Below are positions 59,501 through 64,000 of a DNA stretch of 64,000 nt, one piece after another (within the stretch, counting starts at the first letter, position 1; each line of letters starts with the position of its first letter). The notes under the pieces are model-generated. The model saw only the letters and a program-made list of their open reading frames with translations. It was not told the DNA's origin and made no database searches. The position numbers and the translations under genes are program-made. Source of the DNA: a virus (lineage: Duplodnaviria > Caudoviricetes); the IMG/VR virus record IMGVR_UViG_3300028048_003227, positions 32,001 to 96,000 of that record. One strand, written 5' to 3'.

Positions 59501-60115
59501 ACCGCCTATACTTTCGAAAGTTTGTATAAGATTACCCAATACAGTAAGTGTTTCTGTTACTTTATTAATAACATTATTTGTTGCTTCAAAAAACGTATCT
59601 ATTGCAGCGGGTACTCCCAATTTAAGAAGTATTTTAGATTTTCTCGAAATTCTTCTTTGAGTTCTATATAGATAATCAAATACAAGTGAGGTGGCTTTCG
59701 ATGCTTTTTTTATTGCTTTTGTATTAATGTTTTGAGAATATTCACTTAATTCAGATATTAACTTAATCAATTTAGCATATGAAGCAATTATTAATGCGGG
59801 TCCTTTAAATTGATCTCCTTTATTTATATTCATGGCCATTTTTATTGATGATATCATAAATATTGATCCTGCATCAATCACCGCGTTGAAGTTTTTTACT
59901 TCAAGTTCTGCAAGAGCCATGACGACACTTGATAATGAATCGGAAATAACATTGATTGTCTTTTTAATATTCTTTGCACCATCAGCAACAGCGTCAACCG
60001 TTTCTTTTTTGGATGATGCTGAATTTATAATAAACAACGCCATAGAATCAATCGATTGAATCGATGATTGTATTACTTCAAAAACATTATTTGATATTTT
60101 TAAAGGATTATCCAT
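56537..60115 (-). CDS. Large helical, hydrophobic protein; tape-measure-like
   Basis: 1192 aa, many TM-like segments, internal repeat 'FxAxTF.T...L..L..IK.N...E..VD.VIGTA'. Confidence 0.55.
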   Translation of the reverse strand: MDNPLKISNNVFEVIQSSIQSIDSMALFIINSASSKKETVDAVADGAKNIKKTINVISDSLSSVVMALAELEVKNFNAVIDAGSIFMISSIKMAMNINKGDQFKGPALIIASYAKLIKLISELSEYSQNINTKAIKKASKATSLVFDYLYRTQRRISRKSKILLKLGVPAAIDTFFEATNNVINKVTETLTVLGNLIQTFESIGGKKARRQTRRAIKTIFGIYIDTVVGAIQLGELLFTGTLTKSYLIPKKFRSKTYGVGPILKALVSLIAMTGYFNIVFKLMAPISEQLNFIGENSKYIERGLTTLWVMLYGNDGKYGGGLFTRDIPGLLDIMTRSRSLTMSRVKKLAITGILLTSFLAYSLLLRPIISTLITIGSNKIKIIGGLILMEMMLLNGEDSRIKSLTYVFTKLGEVKTNKIINSIKIVASITLLTTMMFVVYTSLSYAGKNYKNIKRGLKATSLILLGSNGFLGIGKKKSLIQIISSITPEDTANIIKSIKPILMLTVISVLLNIITLNLAIIGRRKRYIKRGVQAIKWLNRLLEIIDDINTTIEKRGITTKKIWNVAKIIMLISGFLVVISFAMTLIGMNLLGITLAIPALLLMRVALILVVWLANYLSNKGEKIAKSTVIFGAVGRLLFRMAKIFLLFIAASLTFAAIATATVSMLAIIGGMTLAILAILAISLLPLNKISISTLMLIAIALTLFIMAKVFVNISDTTQKIKMSAIGSFIGMILVVAIAFTAIGLVTPLLVLAVVGAAAMTLIGFSLLILIVPLMILASIDPGDLTNAKINATLVIETSISILRSFMDAAAADVKGGKKPETWTGRIITGLFGSAGIIVEAILAFAFIALTFVTVTLLILTAVELSLLEDIKLNPTNIEDTVDTVIGTALKIIEAVCGRENPKINGVDDEKKGLFGTIFKGLGDVFRGIRNIVDGILTFGFVAMTFLTIGMITLIAKNLQYLEKIKINRDTVEKKVDAVIGTANSLINHIKGSNVEKSDIKKAELTKKFMKQIKKTVEYMSKIGEMNNQGQFDRAIDSYVRFVDKVNTVKVENIEKTAKMFEKMAEFSKSIHGNFEGLADTLNDKITPLLEKIDSTLKNTESSLADTNKTLQDTGDKVSGISAVTGADAMVKTSKGEDGKTVTTVDSKGLVNAISEIGVSISEIRKTISKFDRTIITDGLDQAVKTINKPTS

Positions 60116-60158
60116 GCTTAAATAATAATTTTATAAACCAAATGATTATTATTTTAAC

Positions 60159-60833
60159 ATGAAAGATTTATATACATATATAATAGAAAGTGAACAGATT
60201 GATGAAGGGTTATTTAAAGCATCAATTGGTTTAATTTATATTAAGAAAATGGACCCCAAATATCTATTGGAGGGATTACTTAATATGTATAATTACATAG
60301 TAGATAAAAGTAATATTAAATTATTTTATCAAGATTTCCCTATTAAAGAAAGACCATTTTGGGAGTTCATATATAAATTATATGAAAAGAAAATATGGAG
60401 TATTTTTGATGCTCCCAGGGAAGATAAATCTTTTGAATATGAATTACAGGATTTGAGAGATGAATTAAAAGATTATGAAGAAGAAGACGATCCTCGATAT
60501 AAAGCAAAAATTAACCAACTTAAAAGACAAATTGCTCAAAAAGAAAGGAGTCAAAATTCAGACGACATTACATCTTGCTTCACAGAAGAAAATTCTCTTA
60601 TCGATGTAACTCCAGAATTCCGCAGAAAATTACATGAAATCATTAAAGGATCATCGAATCAGGAAGAAATTAACTCAGCAAATGTAAAAAAGATAATGCT
60701 TGTAAATGATCCTCAATTTGATAGAAGATATATTTTCACAATTAATAAAGTCCAAGGCATATTTAGAAATATGTTTAGAGCAGTAGATATTAAAATGCTC
60801 GAAAAGTTATTTGAAAAAATAAGCGAGATTTAA
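60159..60833 (+). CDS. Putative internal head protein (MKDLYTYIIES)
   Basis: Leader motif; TTATTATTT upstream. Confidence 0.5.
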   Translation: MKDLYTYIIESEQIDEGLFKASIGLIYIKKMDPKYLLEGLLNMYNYIVDKSNIKLFYQDFPIKERPFWEFIYKLYEKKIWSIFDAPREDKSFEYELQDLRDELKDYEEEDDPRYKAKINQLKRQIAQKERSQNSDDITSCFTEENSLIDVTPEFRRKLHEIIKGSSNQEEINSANVKKIMLVNDPQFDRRYIFTINKVQGIFRNMFRAVDIKMLEKLFEKISEI

Positions 60834-60834
60834 A

Positions 60835-62271
60835 ATGAAACATTTATCTATATATATAAATGAAAATATGTACCTTTTAACATCAGCCTTTAAAAAACTT
60901 GGTATTATTCTTTTATCCACAGTTATTCCATTAGTTATTCCATTCTTTATTTCACTAGGGATAAAGATAGCATCTCTTAAATTGGATGATTGGATTAATA
61001 AACTTATAAATAAATATCCACAACACAAAGAGGCAATTCTTATACTCGCTGGTCTCATTAAAGATCATTTAAAAGATATGAATAAATGTAATGATTTCGT
61101 ATCTAATACAGAGCGTCAAAAATCTAGTAAGGTATTAACAATAGATGATATTAAGAAAGAAATACTTCCTCTTATATCAAATGAAGATGATAAAAAGAAA
61201 GTTGAGGACTTTTTAGATTTGATAGAAAGCAAAGACTTTAAAGAAGAAATTGATGAATGTATGAAATTAAATAATATAGAAAATATAATCACTGAGAGTT
61301 TAAATATCAATATTAATGATATCGAAGATGATGATCTTCGTAAGGAAGTTATAAAGTACTTCAAGACATTTAAGAAGGGTAAACTCGAAGATGAAGATCT
61401 TGATGAATTGGATGATGAAGAGAAGAAAGATGATGAAGAGAAGAAAGATGATGAAGAGAAGAAAGATGATGAAAAGATCGAAGATAATGAAGAACTTGAT
61501 GTAGATGACGTTGACATCGACGATGACGATCTTTTAGATTATCTTAATAATAATCTGAAAGATAAAGAAAAAATGATTAAAGCAATAAAAAATAGCGATT
61601 TGGATGATGATGACAAAGACAAAGCACTAAAAATGCTCGAAGAATCTGAAATCAGCGAATCACTATTATTCGAAGGAAAAGGTTATGGAAGAGCTTTTTT
61701 AGTAGGAGCCTTTCTTACTCCAGTTGGAGGTTTAGCAGGTATGGGTGGATTAGCGATTATAAGGTCAAGTATAAAAACATCCGTTAAAAAAACAGAAAAA
61801 CGGATGAAGGAAAATATAGAAAAAGAGACCGATCCAGAAAAAAAGAAAAAACTCGAACAGGATTTAAAAAATTATCAGTTGGCAAATAGAAATTCGGATG
61901 GGGAAATATTGTGTTCAAAATCAGCAAAAGAAAAAAATATTCAAAAATTAAGATATTCTGGTAAACTCCCCAAAGATTTTTCAGTTGAAGATCTTTCCTT
62001 TATGAAAAAAGACGCAAAAAAATACGGTAAGGAAGACAAAAAAGAAGATGTTGAAAAAGATGAAGATGGTAATATATTAAAGAAAGAAGAGATAACCGAT
62101 AAAGATGGTAAGAAAAAGAAAGTAACAACTCATACAGGTCCTCGGGGCGGTAAGTTCTACTGGCCCGATGGTGTTCCAAAAGATGCAGAACATAAAGTCT
62201 ATATTAGTAAAGACGGGAAAGTCAAAGAATGTGTGGATTTAAAAGATTATCTTTATGAATCATTTAAATAA
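60835..62271 (+). CDS. Putative internal head protein with acidic tract, TM segments and TGPRGG motif
   Basis: MKHLSIYINE leader; internal ITES/ISES/LFEG sites. Confidence 0.5.
   Translation: MKHLSIYINENMYLLTSAFKKLGIILLSTVIPLVIPFFISLGIKIASLKLDDWINKLINKYPQHKEAILILAGLIKDHLKDMNKCNDFVSNTERQKSSKVLTIDDIKKEILPLISNEDDKKKVEDFLDLIESKDFKEEIDECMKLNNIENIITESLNININDIEDDDLRKEVIKYFKTFKKGKLEDEDLDELDDEEKKDDEEKKDDEEKKDDEKIEDNEELDVDDVDIDDDDLLDYLNNNLKDKEKMIKAIKNSDLDDDDKDKALKMLEESEISESLLFEGKGYGRAFLVGAFLTPVGGLAGMGGLAIIRSSIKTSVKKTEKRMKENIEKETDPEKKKKLEQDLKNYQLANRNSDGEILCSKSAKEKNIQKLRYSGKLPKDFSVEDLSFMKKDAKKYGKEDKKEDVEKDEDGNILKKEEITDKDGKKKKVTTHTGPRGGKFYWPDGVPKDAEHKVYISKDGKVKECVDLKDYLYESFK
61411..61473 (+). repeat. 18-bp tandem repeat x3.5 encoding DDEEKK
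   Basis: GATGATGAAGAGAAGAAA x3 plus GATGATGAA. Confidence 0.9.
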
Positions 62272-62274
62272 ATT

Positions 62275-63027
62275 ATGAAAACTCTGCTATCATATATAAA
62301 AGAAAGTCGATCACGAATTGGTCGACCTCCTTTTTCTTTTGATGATTTTAAAGAATTTATCACTAAATGTATTCTTGATAATGAGTTTGATGATGCCCCC
62401 ATATGGAATAAGATAAAAGATTCTATAATCCAATCATATAATGAAATGACTTGGGATATGTTTAAAGGATGGTGTGAGAGCGTATATGAATTTCATGGAG
62501 GGAGAAATTCAAAAATATCGTTAAAACAATTTTATGATGAATTATCTCAGATTCCTTTAGATAGAGTAACAAGAGGAATGGGTGCAGGAAGTAATGGTGT
62601 CGTGTGGGAGATCGATAAAGATAAAGTCATTAAATTATTTTATGGAGATCACATTAAACAACAAGATAAAATCTTTATAGATTATTGTTATAAACACCCA
62701 TCAAAAGTATTTCCTAAAATATATAAAATAGGAGATAATTGGGTGGTGATGGAAAAGTTAAAGACATTCACACCAAAGCTTAAAAAATGGTTTGAATATA
62801 TAGATGATAAAAAATTTGACGGTAAAACTATATTCCACTGGGTGGATGAAAAAAATGTTGATGTAAATATATTCGATGATTTTGGGAGGGATGTTTATAG
62901 TTGGTGTATTGAATGTAAAAATGAAATAAAAAATATTAAATCACCATATGTTGCGTGGCCTGGGGATTTATTTATAAAGAACTGTGGGGAACGAGATAAT
63001 GGCGAGATAGTGTTTTTTGACGTATAA
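62275..63027 (+). CDS. Protein-kinase-like protein with CTS-like leader
   Basis: Gly loop 'GAGSNGVVW', 'VIK', 'VVMEKL', catalytic 'GDLFIKN', 'FFD'. Confidence 0.75.
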   Translation: MKTLLSYIKESRSRIGRPPFSFDDFKEFITKCILDNEFDDAPIWNKIKDSIIQSYNEMTWDMFKGWCESVYEFHGGRNSKISLKQFYDELSQIPLDRVTRGMGAGSNGVVWEIDKDKVIKLFYGDHIKQQDKIFIDYCYKHPSKVFPKIYKIGDNWVVMEKLKTFTPKLKKWFEYIDDKKFDGKTIFHWVDEKNVDVNIFDDFGRDVYSWCIECKNEIKNIKSPYVAWPGDLFIKNCGERDNGEIVFFDV

Positions 63028-63056
63028 AAAAGACCTCTTACGAGGTCTTTTTTTTT
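63026..63056. terminator. Bidirectional terminator between convergent genes
   Basis: AAAAAAGACCTC-TTAC-GAGGTCTTTTTT. Confidence 0.85.
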
Positions 63057-63630
63057 ATTCTTCACTATTCTCATCAATCCACTGCTGGAACTCCTCTGTG
63101 GTAAATACCATAGATCCAACGGGACCTAAAATAGAATCTTTCTTCTTGGTGTCAAACACTATTCTCTGAGAATTGGAATCCCCATCTACATATGAATTAT
63201 TGTAAAGATCACAAACCCAATTGTAGAACTGTTCTGGTTTGGTTTCAGTCATAAGACCTTCACCCATCTCTTCAAATTCATTTCCGATAGAGAGTGGATC
63301 AAACTCTACATAAACGTAATCAGGCTCTGCTTTTTTGAGGTACTTTTTTATAGTAGCCATTACCTTAGCTTTGAGTTGACTCTCACTGGTGCATTTTAGA
63401 TCTGCAACTGTAAGTGTTTCATCATCATTAACAATTTCATAAAGATTGCCTTCCTTGTAAGAAACGGTCTCATAGATCCAACCTAGATCAGCAACATAAT
63501 CTACTTGTTCTTTTGTCGCACCGCATACTATATATAGATCCTGGGGTTCTTCATGTTGATACACTACTAAGAATTCGCCTGCAGCTTCTACAAGAAGGCT
63601 TTCATTAATATATTCAGATAATCTTTTCAT
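63055..63630 (-). CDS. Putative internal head protein (MKRLSEYINES)
   Basis: Leader motif. Confidence 0.55.
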   Translation of the reverse strand: MKRLSEYINESLLVEAAGEFLVVYQHEEPQDLYIVCGATKEQVDYVADLGWIYETVSYKEGNLYEIVNDDETLTVADLKCTSESQLKAKVMATIKKYLKKAEPDYVYVEFDPLSIGNEFEEMGEGLMTETKPEQFYNWVCDLYNNSYVDGDSNSQRIVFDTKKKDSILGPVGSMVFTTEEFQQWIDENSEE

Positions 63631-63648
63631 AATTTAATATATATATTA

Positions 63649-63999
63649 TTAGTATTCCACCCAACATTTATCTTCATTATCCCACGAATAAGAAGAACTC
63701 CTACCGATCTTTAAAATAATAAGTTTTTTATCTATTAAAGACTCTGGGCATTCTCTCTGACAACGCAGTTGTCCGTCGCGTTGAATCCAATCGGTTCTAA
63801 ATGCTTCTGGAGTTAAAGCATTTTCCAATTCATATTTATCAAATACTTCCGCGGCGGAGCCGTTTATAAATTCTACCCATTTTGAAACAGCAGTATCAAC
63901 ATCCTTAATATTTTTTGGCGTCGATTTAATATAAAATGCTTCCATAAGAGATTTTTTAAAATCTTTTAATGGATCTTTCTTTACTAAATTATTATCAAA
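63649..63999 (-). CDS. ESLFD-leader family protein; 5' end lies outside the window
   Basis: Frame stays open upstream of 63945 and reads FDNNLVKKD, as in the ESLFD leaders. Confidence 0.5.
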   Translation of the reverse strand, partial: FDNNLVKKDPLKDFKKSLMEAFYIKSTPKNIKDVDTAVSKWVEFINGSAAEVFDKYELENALTPEAFRTDWIQRDGQLRCQRECPESLIDKKLIILKIGRSSSYSWDNEDKCWVEY

Positions 64000-64000
64000 T

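Noticed and set aside
1-64000. Genome-wide TAG recoding (Lak-like code 15)
   Set aside because: Long genes are intact in code 11, TAG and TAA alternate at equivalent stops in paralogues, and no CTA tRNA was seen; only one local read-through case
1-64000. CRISPR array
   Set aside because: No regularly spaced identical repeats with unique spacers were found

Overview
This is a 64-kb segment of a large T4-like (gp23/gp19/gp14) tailed phage. It is AT-rich, uses the standard genetic code and lacks Shine-Dalgarno motifs. Those traits plus NrdDG and a lipoprotein suggest an anaerobic Bacteroidota (Prevotella-like) host, which is an inference. Layout: (1) 1-20 kb holds virion genes (HAEG-repeat fibre fragment, major capsid, tail tube, neck), free-standing homing endonucleases, a DNA methyltransferase, denV, folE2 and many ORFs with capsid-targeting-like N-termini. 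(2) 20-30 kb holds nucleotide metabolism genes. (3) 33.6-39.3 kb is a tRNA/ncRNA island. (4) 30-33 kb and 41-54.6 kb are arrays of small modular paralogues. (5) 54.6-64 kb holds a tape-measure-like gene and more putative internal head proteins, including a kinase. The top finding is that tRNA-Pro and tRNA-Val each carry an 81-85 nt anticodon-loop insertion. The two differ in sequence but share a predicted fold (5' H-type pseudoknot plus a 3' mini-tRNA of acceptor stem and T-arm), making them a candidate undescribed class of tRNA intron. Also notable: paralogue families with a constant framework and variable segments that appear to be shuffled at conserved blocks, 17 ORFs with capsid-targeting-like leaders, several unassigned structured RNAs, and one gene tail that reads correctly only if TAG encodes Gln. 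All calls come from reading the sequence by eye; no searches or folding programs were run.
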